64,000 bases of DNA from Pseudobdellovibrionaceae bacterium. Lineage in GTDB: Bacteria > Bdellovibrionota > Bdellovibrionia > Bdellovibrionales > Bdellovibrionaceae. Of the stretch, positions 55,619 to 64,000 are shown one piece after another. The translations under genes were made by a program, and so were the position numbers. How positions within the stretch are numbered: position 1 is the stretch's first letter; each line of letters opens with the position of its first letter. The notes beneath the pieces were generated by a model. It did no database searches and had not been told where the DNA came from. It saw only the letters and a program-made list of their open reading frames with translations. The stretch covers positions 3,900 to 67,899 of the forward strand of contig JAYUJM010000096.1 in NCBI GenBank assembly GCA_043765175.1, in the 5' to 3' direction.

Positions 55619-56561
55619 TTTTAATTACGATACTGTACTTATTTTAATCTTGGCTATTTTATTTAGCACACTGCCCCTTCACGCAAATTCAGACTTACAA
55701 AACTTAAAAAATTTAGAACAAGAACGATATGCTTTAGAAATAAAAAATACCCAATTAGCTAATCAAATTTCTGATTTAGAAATAAAAATGCTTGCTTTAA
55801 AAAATGGTTTGTCTGAAAAAAAACTTAAGTTATCGAATCGAATACAATCGATACATCAACTTTCAAGTAAACGTTGGAATTTATTATCAGGGCTAACGAG
55901 CCCAAGCGAGCTTCAGCGAGTGCTTTCAGTTTTACAAAAACTTAATATCAAAGATGTAGAGCACATTAAAGAACAAATTTACAAAACAGAGGAACTCAAA
56001 AAAACAAAAAGCTCGTTAATTAGTTCTTATCAAATTTACAAAAGCACAGCTGCTAAGATATCTCAAAAAATGAATGAAAATAATTTGGTCGAACAAACTT
56101 ATATTAATAAACTTAAAACCACTCAAACGCCCTCACTTTTGTTATTCAAAGGACAATTAAATAAACCTATTAATGCAAAAATAATCACCCCCTATGGTTC
56201 TGAAAAAAATAAAAGCTTTTACCAGAAAACCGCCTCTAGCAAAATAACAGAACAATATAATTTTTTTCATTCTGGCGTAACGTTTGCTACTGAAAATATG
56301 GCAAAATCTGTTCAGGCTATCAGTCTAGGTGAAGTCATTTTTAGTGACGTTTTAGCTTACTGGGGTGAATCTATAATAATCCAGCATGACGACGAATATT
56401 ATTCAGTTTATACAAATGTAAAAAATATCCAAGTTAGTGTAGGACAAAAAGTATTTGCTAACGAACAGTTAGCTGAAACAAACGGAAGAAACTTTTATTT
56501 TGAATTAAGACATGCAACAACACCTCTTAACCCTTCACTATGGATCAAGGATTTTAAATGA
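55605..56561 (+). CDS. envC: EnvC-like coiled-coil + degenerate M23/LytM protein
   Basis: Coiled coil; FKGQLNKPINAKI..PYG; Zn ligands degenerate (HSGVTF, YTNV, FYFELR). Confidence 0.75.
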   Translation: MKITNFNYDTVLILILAILFSTLPLHANSDLQNLKNLEQERYALEIKNTQLANQISDLEIKMLALKNGLSEKKLKLSNRIQSIHQLSSKRWNLLSGLTSPSELQRVLSVLQKLNIKDVEHIKEQIYKTEELKKTKSSLISSYQIYKSTAAKISQKMNENNLVEQTYINKLKTTQTPSLLLFKGQLNKPINAKIITPYGSEKNKSFYQKTASSKITEQYNFFHSGVTFATENMAKSVQAISLGEVIFSDVLAYWGESIIIQHDDEYYSVYTNVKNIQVSVGQKVFANEQLAETNGRNFYFELRHATTPLNPSLWIKDFK

Positions 56562-57901
56562 AAAAAAAATTATTATTTAGCACGACTGTCTTTTTATTTC
56601 TTGTGTTTATTTTTTTAAAGCCTCTTCAAACTTGGGCTGAAGATCGTTATGCTGATTTGCAAATATTCTCTAAAATCTTAAATCTTGTTCAAACTTACTA
56701 TGTAGATCCAGTGGATACAAAAAAACTTATTTCTGGCGCCGTGAAAGGTATGCTCAAAGAATTAGATCCACACACTAATTTTATGCCTCAAGAAATTTTT
56801 AAAGATTTTGAATCTGAAACTGCAGGAGAATTTGGTGGTATAGGTATAGAAATTTCAGTTCAAAATGGAATTTTAACAATTATTTCACCTATAGAAGACA
56901 CTCCTGCTTGGAAAGCAGGAATTAAACCTGGCGACAAAATTGTAGCTATTGATGGACAAAGCACAAAAGGATTTACACTTGTTGAAGCTTCCGCATTGCT
57001 TAAAGGTAATAATGGACAAGCTATAACACTTTCTGTAGCTCGTGATGACAATGACAAACCTTTGGATATCAAAATCGTTCGCGGTCAAGTTAAGTTAAAA
57101 TCAGTAAAATCAGTCTCACTAGAAAACGGATATCTGTATGTTCGTATAACCAGTTTTATTGAAACTACTTCTCAAGAGCTTGAAAAAATTATGACTTCTG
57201 AATCAAAAAATAAAAAGATAGAAGGTTTACTATTAGATCTTAGAAAAAATCCAGGTGGTCTTTTAGATCAAGCCTTTAAAGTCAGTGATTTTTTTATAAA
57301 AGATGGAATTATTGTTAGCACTATCGGACGTGATCCAAAATCAAAAGAAGTCATGCGGGCCACCCAAAAGGCGCCGTATCCAAATCTTCCTATAGTCGTT
57401 TTAATTAATGAATTCTCTGCTAGCGCCAGCGAGATTGTTTCAGGAGCCTTACAAGACAATAAACGAGCCGTTATTGTTGGTGAACGTAGTTTTGGTAAGG
57501 GTTCTGTTCAATCCGTTATTAAACTTGGGGATGGCAGTGGTTTAAAGCTCACTGTCGCGCGCTATTATACACCTAGCGGAGCTTCAATTCAGTCAGAGGG
57601 AATTAAACCAGATATTGAAATCGAAGAAGTTGATGCTACATTATTTGCAAAAGCCATTACAGATAAAAAAGCCTACCGTGAACAAAACATCGCAGGCCAT
57701 TTAAAAAGTGAAAAAGAAAAAAAGAAAACCGATAAAGAGGGTATCAAACAAGACAAAACAACAATGGCTTGGTGGAAAGATCTAGCTTCAAAAAAAGAGG
57801 CTGACTTAAGTGAAACTGAAAAATTATTTAAAACTGATTATCAAGCTTTCCAAGCTTTTTCATATCTAAAAGCTTGGAAAACATTGAAAAAATTTAATTA
57901 G
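56558..57901 (+). CDS. ctpA: Carboxyl-terminal processing protease (S41A)
   Basis: LDPHT, GEFGGIGIEI PDZ, DLRKNPGGLL, SASASEIV.GALQD, SFGKGSVQ. Confidence 0.95.
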   Translation: MKKKLLFSTTVFLFLVFIFLKPLQTWAEDRYADLQIFSKILNLVQTYYVDPVDTKKLISGAVKGMLKELDPHTNFMPQEIFKDFESETAGEFGGIGIEISVQNGILTIISPIEDTPAWKAGIKPGDKIVAIDGQSTKGFTLVEASALLKGNNGQAITLSVARDDNDKPLDIKIVRGQVKLKSVKSVSLENGYLYVRITSFIETTSQELEKIMTSESKNKKIEGLLLDLRKNPGGLLDQAFKVSDFFIKDGIIVSTIGRDPKSKEVMRATQKAPYPNLPIVVLINEFSASASEIVSGALQDNKRAVIVGERSFGKGSVQSVIKLGDGSGLKLTVARYYTPSGASIQSEGIKPDIEIEEVDATLFAKAITDKKAYREQNIAGHLKSEKEKKKTDKEGIKQDKTTMAWWKDLASKKEADLSETEKLFKTDYQAFQAFSYLKAWKTLKKFN

Positions 57902-57926
57902 TAGGACTTTTTAATTAATTATAAAA

Positions 57927-59240
57927 CTAATTTTGTTCATCTTTTAATAACTTAGCATCAACTTCTTTAACTTTACATTTATCAGTAATCATTTTGATCA
58001 CTTTTTCCTCGGTCACCATATAAGTTAAGCGACTGCGTTTTTCTTCAGTATCGTACCACTCGCGTACGCGTGCCTCTTCAAGTCCAGTTTGCTCAGCATA
58101 TTCTTTAAATTTTTGATTCAAATCTGCATCAGTGCAAATTAATTTATGATCCACGGCTAATTTATCAATTAAAAAACTTGATTGAATCATTTCAGCAGCT
58201 GTTTTTCCAAAATCTGCATCCCATTTTTTAACGTAATCATTAAAAGATGATTCATCCATTCCTTGATCTTTCATGCGTTTTTTAAAATCTTCAATTAATG
58301 TCGTTTTTTGTTCTTTTAATAAACTGCTTGGCACTTGAACTGGATTTTCTAAAACTAGTTTTTTAATTAAACGATTTTTAAAAGCTTCATCGATTCTTTT
58401 TTTCTCGTTATTTTCAATATCTTTTTTAACTGAAGCTTTAAATTCTTCAACATTTTGTTTTGTTCCAATTTTTGCCATTAAATCATCATTTAACTCAGGC
58501 AAATCTTTTTTCTTTAACCCTTTAAGAGTCACTTTAAAATCAACAGGTTTACCTTCAAGTTCTGCAGCATGATATGGAGTAGGAAATTTCAAACTAATTG
58601 TTTTTTGGCCGTCAATTGCCATTCCAACAACACCTTCTTCAAAGCCTTCAATAAATTGTTTAGCTCCAAGATCTAATTGATGTCCAGTGCCTGTTCCATT
58701 TTCTAAGGGTTTTCCATCAACAAAGCCTTCAAAGTCAATAATAGCGATATCTCCCATAATAGCAGGTCTATTTTCCAAAACATCGATAACTTGAGCTTTA
58801 GATTCACGAATATTTTTTATTGATTGTTCGTACTGAGTTTCGCTAAAAATAAATTTTTCTTTATCTACTTCTAGTCCTTCCCATTTTTTTATTTGAATTT
58901 CAGGACGTATGTCAAAAACAGCAGAAAATTTAAAATCTTGATTTTCCTTTGGATCTTCAAATTCAAATTCTGGATAACTGATCGGCTCAACTTTTTGCTC
59001 TTTAAGAGCTACTGGGTAGTGAGCTTGTATTAAATCTTGTGCGACATCACCCACAACGCGATCTTTATACATAGATTTAATCGTTGTTATCGGAGCTTTA
59101 CCTTTACGAAACCCTTTAATTTCAACTTGACGCTGAATAGTTGAATATACTTTTGAAAAAGCATTCTGAACATCGACGTGTGATATTTCAATATTAATTT
59201 TTCTTTGTAGACCTTCTGTAGTTTGAATCTGAGCTTTCAC
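57927..59240 (-). CDS. tig: Trigger factor
   Basis: GFRKGKAP ribosome loop; FKBP domain IDFEG..FIEGFEEGVVGM, FPTPYHA.ELEGK. Confidence 0.97.
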   Translation of the reverse strand: MKAQIQTTEGLQRKINIEISHVDVQNAFSKVYSTIQRQVEIKGFRKGKAPITTIKSMYKDRVVGDVAQDLIQAHYPVALKEQKVEPISYPEFEFEDPKENQDFKFSAVFDIRPEIQIKKWEGLEVDKEKFIFSETQYEQSIKNIRESKAQVIDVLENRPAIMGDIAIIDFEGFVDGKPLENGTGTGHQLDLGAKQFIEGFEEGVVGMAIDGQKTISLKFPTPYHAAELEGKPVDFKVTLKGLKKKDLPELNDDLMAKIGTKQNVEEFKASVKKDIENNEKKRIDEAFKNRLIKKLVLENPVQVPSSLLKEQKTTLIEDFKKRMKDQGMDESSFNDYVKKWDADFGKTAAEMIQSSFLIDKLAVDHKLICTDADLNQKFKEYAEQTGLEEARVREWYDTEEKRSRLTYMVTEEKVIKMITDKCKVKEVDAKLLKDEQN

Positions 59241-59303
59241 AGATACTCCTTTGTATTTTTATAAAATTAGAATAGAATGGCAAAATAGGGCAATTTATAG
59301 GCA

Positions 59304-60149
59304 ATGGCAACTCGAAAAATACATTTTTTTACAGGCAAAGGAGGAGTTGGTAAATCGACTCTGGCGGCCGCATTTGCTTTGAAAAAAGCTCATCAATTAA
59401 AGAACAAACAACCACAAGAAAAAATTCTGCTAACAGAAGCAACAAATCAACCTTGCCTGCAAAATATTATTCAACATAAATACGATAATCTTGAAGTAGA
59501 AAACTGGACAGCAAAAGACTGTCTCAGTGATTATGCTTCACATTTGATTAAATCTAAATTTTTAACTCAGTTATTCTTAAATAATAATCTTTCTCAGTCA
59601 TTAATTCAAATAGCACCAGGACTCAATGAATTAGCCTTGCTTGGTAAAGCAACTGCTGGCCCCAGAAATCACGGGCCTCAATTAAATTTTAGTGAAATTT
59701 TTATGGACTCTTACTCTACAGGTCATTTTTTACAGTTGATGCGAGCTCCAGAAGTCTTTTCTGAAATTTTTAATATTGGCCCTATGGCCACACAAAGCAA
59801 ATCAATAGATAACTGTTTAAAAAACACTGATCTTTGTCAGATATTTATTGTTTTAACTTCTGATTCACTCGTGTTATCAGAAAGTCTTGAGCTTTTTGAA
59901 ACGCTTAAATCATTCAAATTTAAACCTGTTTTTTTGCTTAATAAATTTTTGGATTTTGAAAGCCTTAGCTACAATAAATATCCTGAAAAAACAAAACAGT
60001 ATTTTAAACATCTTCATCAATTACAAATCGAAGCTACTCAGCAATTAGAAAAAAAATCAAATTTTTTATTTAAAGTTCCGTTTTGTTTTGAAATGCGACC
60101 TTTAAATATTGTTAATCAGCTGATAGAAAAAAGTGATTTTATTTTATGA
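59304..60149 (+). CDS. ArsA/Get3-like ATPase, subunit 1 (degenerate switches)
   Basis: FFTGKGGVGKST; APGLNELALLGK; DSYSTGH in place of DxPxTGH; no Asp in switch I (LTEATNQ). Confidence 0.8.
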   Translation: MATRKIHFFTGKGGVGKSTLAAAFALKKAHQLKNKQPQEKILLTEATNQPCLQNIIQHKYDNLEVENWTAKDCLSDYASHLIKSKFLTQLFLNNNLSQSLIQIAPGLNELALLGKATAGPRNHGPQLNFSEIFMDSYSTGHFLQLMRAPEVFSEIFNIGPMATQSKSIDNCLKNTDLCQIFIVLTSDSLVLSESLELFETLKSFKFKPVFLLNKFLDFESLSYNKYPEKTKQYFKHLHQLQIEATQQLEKKSNFLFKVPFCFEMRPLNIVNQLIEKSDFIL

Positions 60150-61192
60150 TAGCTATTAAAAAATCGACGCAAACATTAGTAGTCATTGGGCCTGGTGGAG
60201 TAGGAAAAACAACTCTTTCCGCATCAATAGCCATAGGTAAAAGTTACGAGGGTCTTAAGGTATTAGTTTTAACGATTGATCCTTCTTTGCGTTTAACACA
60301 AACTCTAGGGTTTAAGCCCGATGGTCAAATTCAGAAAATAAAGCTGAAATCATGCAAAGGTGAACTGTACGCATCTACTTTAAATCATGAAGAAATTTTT
60401 AATCAATTTTTGTCTGTTTTCAATGGAACAAAAAATAAAAATAGTAAAAAAAATGAGTTTAAAAAAAACAAACTTTTTGACAAATTAACTAAAGAATTGT
60501 CATCTTCACAAGATTTTACGACGCTTTATGCTTTGCTAGAACAATCAGAAAAAAATACATACGACTTAATTATTGTAGACACTCCACCAGCACAACATAC
60601 TTGGGCATTTTTAAAATCACCTGAAAAATTATCGCAACTTTTTACAGAAAATCATATTTCAATATTTAGTTTGTTTAACACTGAAAGCAACTCAATAACT
60701 AATCGTTTTTTTCAATCTGGCACTCAACAAGTTCTAGGAGTTCTTGAAAAATTAACTGGTTCAGATTTTATTTCTGAATTAAAAGATTTTTTTAGTTTGA
60801 TTAAAAACTGGCAAAAACCAATAAATCGAATTGTTATAGATTGTCAAAAACTTCTTGTCTCACAAAAAACAGAATTTATCATGGTTACTGACTTTGATAT
60901 TAACCGTGTTTCTTCAGCTGCTGAAATTAGTCAAAAAATTTATAATGAAGGTTACAATCTTGGTCATTTGATACTTAATCGTGTTCCCAGCTGGCTTGAA
61001 GAAACAAGTCCTTATAAAAATAAACAAATTGAACTTTTTAGAAAATTAAATTTAAGTACTTTAAATAACTTTACGGCTAAGGTCGATCAAATTCATTTTA
61101 ATCTAAACATATACAAAAGTTACAATATCAGCCATAATGTAGATTATGAAAACCTCTATAAAATTTATACTGATCTTATTCAAATTAAATAG
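60146..61192 (+). CDS. ArsA/Get3-like ATPase, subunit 2
   Basis: GPGGVGKTT, LTIDPS.RL, YDLIIVDTPPAQH. Confidence 0.85.
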   Translation: MIAIKKSTQTLVVIGPGGVGKTTLSASIAIGKSYEGLKVLVLTIDPSLRLTQTLGFKPDGQIQKIKLKSCKGELYASTLNHEEIFNQFLSVFNGTKNKNSKKNEFKKNKLFDKLTKELSSSQDFTTLYALLEQSEKNTYDLIIVDTPPAQHTWAFLKSPEKLSQLFTENHISIFSLFNTESNSITNRFFQSGTQQVLGVLEKLTGSDFISELKDFFSLIKNWQKPINRIVIDCQKLLVSQKTEFIMVTDFDINRVSSAAEISQKIYNEGYNLGHLILNRVPSWLEETSPYKNKQIELFRKLNLSTLNNFTAKVDQIHFNLNIYKSYNISHNVDYENLYKIYTDLIQIK

Positions 61193-61934
61193 TTTATTCT
61201 TTTTATACTCTTGCGCAGCTACATCTGAAAAAAATGGCAACTCTGCTTTTAATGATTCTTATTTTTTGAAAGGGCAGGCCCTAGTTATTTCTAAAAACTA
61301 TCAACAGTCGATTCCTTTTTTAAAAAAATCCTTGGAGATTAATGATAAAAATTATCCAATGACTTTAGTTTTATTGGCACGAGCTTATGATCAACTTGAA
61401 GAACCTGAACAGGCCATTTTGACTTTAACCGAATATTTAGATAAACAAGCTCTTTTTGAAACTAATTTAGAACATGAAATTATAGTTCGATCATTGCTCT
61501 TCAAAAATCAAACAAGAATAAATATTAATTCTAATGAAAATAAACAAAAGCAGGCCTTAGAAAAATTAATTTTATATTCTGGACTCAATAGCAATCTATT
61601 GTTGAGTAGTCTTAATTGGGGATCCGATTTTAATTGTGTTAAATACTGTACTGAAGAAATTATTTTTTTAAAAAACTATCAACTTTACTATCTTTATTTA
61701 ATAGATAAAGTAGAAGATATTGGTTTGTATAATATATATATCGGCCTTAAAGAAAAAATCTTAGAGTCCTCTCAGTATAAAAAAATTCAATTCCAGACCC
61801 TTTATGATAGCTTACAAACATTACATAGCTTTAAACTATCTGGACAAATTCAAAAAAGAACAGATAGTTACAATAAGCTTTTAAAAAGTTTAGAGCCCTT
61901 AGAAAATCAACTTAGTCAATGGAGTATAAAATGA
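61146..61934 (+). CDS. TPR-containing lipoprotein
   Basis: Lipobox FLYSC; GQALVISKNYQQSIPFLKKSL, LARAYDQLEEPEQA. Confidence 0.6.
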   Translation: MKTSIKFILILFKLNSLFFLYSCAATSEKNGNSAFNDSYFLKGQALVISKNYQQSIPFLKKSLEINDKNYPMTLVLLARAYDQLEEPEQAILTLTEYLDKQALFETNLEHEIIVRSLLFKNQTRININSNENKQKQALEKLILYSGLNSNLLLSSLNWGSDFNCVKYCTEEIIFLKNYQLYYLYLIDKVEDIGLYNIYIGLKEKILESSQYKKIQFQTLYDSLQTLHSFKLSGQIQKRTDSYNKLLKSLEPLENQLSQWSIK

Positions 61935-63190
61935 TTTTGATACGTAATAACATACATGATTCAGTGTGTGCTCAACATGATCAAATTATTTCTTGGTTTC
62001 AACAGCAAACTAAGAAATTAGCCTATCCCATTTATTCAAGTTATGACATTCGAGATGCTGGTTATAAAATATCAAATGTTGATGCTAATATTTATCCTGC
62101 TGGATTTAATAATATTTGCCCTGTTGATAAAGAATCTGCGACTGAGCTTTTTAAAAAATATATTACTGTTCACTACGGAAATGAAATTAAAAAAATACTT
62201 TTAATAACGGAAGAACATACTAATAATCCATATTATCTTGAAAATGTTTCTACAATTCAAAATTTACTGTCAGAAGCAGGATATTCAGTAGAAGTTTCAT
62301 TTCCTAAAGCTCTAGAGACCGAATTAAATTTATTAACTGCAAGTGGTAAAAATATTACGATTCATAGCGGTTTTGAAAATAGCGATTTTTTAAAACAATT
62401 TAATCCAGACTTAATAATTAGCAATAATGATTTTTCACTAGCTCTTAACGAATGGTCAGACCAAAATACTAAACCTACTAATCCACCTCGTGAATTAGGC
62501 TGGTATCAGCGAAAGAAATCAAATTATTTTAAACATTATAACTTATTAGTAGATCAATTTTCCGAAATAGCTAAAATTGATCCCTTTTTACTTCGTGTTG
62601 AAACTGAAGAATTTCCCCATTTTGATATTAATAATGATGAAAGTCGTAAAGAATTAGCTGCTTCTGTTAAATTATTTTTAGAAAACTTGCAGCTATCTTA
62701 CACAAAAAGGGGTATTGAACAAAAACCCTTTTGTTTTGTAAAAAATAATGCCGGTACTTATGGGCTTGGCGTTATCAAAGTTTCTTCTGCTGAAGAAATT
62801 GAAACTTGGACTTATAAAGCCAGAAAAAAAATGAAAGCAGCCAAAGGCGGAAGGGATATCGAATCTGTAATTATTCAAGAGGGCATTCCATCAATAGTCA
62901 CCTCTGATTCAGCTTCAGCAGAACCTGTTATTTATATGATTGGGTGCGAACTTGCCGGTGGATTTCTAAGAACTCACAGCGAAAAATCAGCTACTGAAAG
63001 TTTAAATTCTCCCGGGGCAGTCTATAAAAAACTTTGTGTAACTGATTTGGCTGATGATCGAATCAATTGTCCTGAAGAAAATGTTTATGGTTGGACTGCA
63101 AAGCTTGGGCTTCTTGCTATTGGTTTAGAAGCCCAGGAAATGAATGTTACATATAAAGACTACGTCAATGCAACTTGTGGAAGTATTTAA
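61919..63190 (+). CDS. gshA: Glutamate-cysteine ligase (GshA-like ATP-grasp family)
   Basis: PIYSSYDIRDAGYKI..VDANIYPAGFNN, FVKNNAGTYGLGV, IIQEGI, AEPVIYMIG..GGFLR.H..ESLNSPG. Confidence 0.85.
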   Translation: MEYKMILIRNNIHDSVCAQHDQIISWFQQQTKKLAYPIYSSYDIRDAGYKISNVDANIYPAGFNNICPVDKESATELFKKYITVHYGNEIKKILLITEEHTNNPYYLENVSTIQNLLSEAGYSVEVSFPKALETELNLLTASGKNITIHSGFENSDFLKQFNPDLIISNNDFSLALNEWSDQNTKPTNPPRELGWYQRKKSNYFKHYNLLVDQFSEIAKIDPFLLRVETEEFPHFDINNDESRKELAASVKLFLENLQLSYTKRGIEQKPFCFVKNNAGTYGLGVIKVSSAEEIETWTYKARKKMKAAKGGRDIESVIIQEGIPSIVTSDSASAEPVIYMIGCELAGGFLRTHSEKSATESLNSPGAVYKKLCVTDLADDRINCPEENVYGWTAKLGLLAIGLEAQEMNVTYKDYVNATCGSI

Positions 63191-64000
63191 AAAGCTGTTG
63201 GTGTCACAACATTTTTATTTGGCACAATGACAAAACCTTTATTTAAAATGTTTTGGTAAATAGTAGCCCTGTCGTTTTGACCGCACAACAATTTAGCATC
63301 GTCTTCTTCTTCTTTTGTTTGAATTTTTTTCCAATATACTGAGAAAGCTATTTCGGATGCTAACGATTGAAAATATTTAACCCTTATTGGTTTAGGTGTT
63401 TCATTAATATCTACTAAACTAGAACAACCAACCTTAACTGACTGTGTTTTTCCATTGCCTAAGATCATACTGTAATTGTAGTTTTTTGGATTCTTATCAA
63501 CTTGAAAAATATCATTGAGTCCCATTTCAATCGTTGTACCATCATCAGAAGCTGTTAATAACATATACTTTCCGTTTTCAGCAGAACTTGAAGATTTAAT
63601 TCCAGCAAATAAGTCTAAACCAAAATATTCAATTAAAGTTTCACCTTGAGCATTTTTAAGTGGCTCAACTCCATTACCCGAAAATCCCTCAGTAAAATTT
63701 CTGTTTGGCACATTAATCGTACTCAAATTAATAAGAGACGCTGCTTTTGTGCCATTCACAATAAAGTAATTCGGGTTTAACTGATTCCAGATAAAATCTT
63801 GAGTAAAAGCTTCATAATTTGTTTTATTTATATAATAAATATTTCCAATAAATCCGTATTCGCAAGCTTTCCCTAATTGATCATGACCCTTAAGTGGGTC
63901 GCAAATGACTTTCTGACAACGTCCACCCATCCAAACCTCATCGATTGTACAGTTTGGTTTAATCAAATACGACACTGTATTTGAAACACCTACTTGTCCA
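63187..64000 (-). CDS. PA14-like domain protein, 3' part (gene starts beyond window end)
   Basis: Frame open from 64000 through the track start at 63975; Cys-rich segment then YMLLTASDDGT and PIRVKYFQ PA14-like motifs. Confidence 0.65.
   Translation of the reverse strand, partial: GQVGVSNTVSYLIKPNCTIDEVWMGGRCQKVICDPLKGHDQLGKACEYGFIGNIYYINKTNYEAFTQDFIWNQLNPNYFIVNGTKAASLINLSTINVPNRNFTEGFSGNGVEPLKNAQGETLIEYFGLDLFAGIKSSSSAENGKYMLLTASDDGTTIEMGLNDIFQVDKNPKNYNYSMILGNGKTQSVKVGCSSLVDINETPKPIRVKYFQSLASEIAFSVYWKKIQTKEEEDDAKLLCGQNDRATIYQNILNKGFVIVPNKNVVTPTAF

Noticed and set aside
55605-56561. Active M23 endopeptidase
   Set aside because: Zinc-ligand motifs are degenerate, and the ftsEX context indicates an EnvC-type activator.
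1-64000. tRNA, rRNA, integrase or prophage
   Set aside because: No cloverleaf or rRNA-like sequence in the intergenic gaps and no recombinase or phage ORFs recognised.

Overview
AT-rich (about one-third GC, sampled by eye) chromosomal window from a Bdellovibrionota predator, most likely Bdellovibrionaceae. This is inferred from a Bd0055-type histone, a Bd0108/Bd0109-like hit locus and a Tad locus with a TadZ-TadA fusion. Core genes: murA-prmC-prfA-rpmE, rho, ppx, gatCAB, ligA, histone, murD, tal/dapBAF/lptM, ftsK, queE, fis-like, dnaB, mscL, ftsEX-envC-ctpA, tig, an ArsA-like pair and gshA. Accessory parts: a decayed insert between rpmE and rho (YiiX-like pseudogene, LysR, two secreted proteins), DUF3943/DUF2141/SbtA/MBL genes, and an AAA+/DUF4143 gene plus DUF885 beside the pilins. 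Best leads not in the ORF track: (1) a candidate sigma54-driven ~240-nt RNA at 1157-1397 with upstream palindromes, two hairpins each displaying CCCCUCC (anti-Shine-Dalgarno) and its own terminator; (2) an unannotated 58-aa secreted peptide at 39585-39761 that aligns to the C-terminal half of the Hit/Bd0108-like protein and has its own sigma54-type promoter; (3) a second Flp pilin with no leader peptide, in frame with flp1, at 49% GC versus 33% for flp1. No rRNA, tRNA, CRISPR array, integrase or transposase was seen. All family calls are from motif recognition, not database searches.
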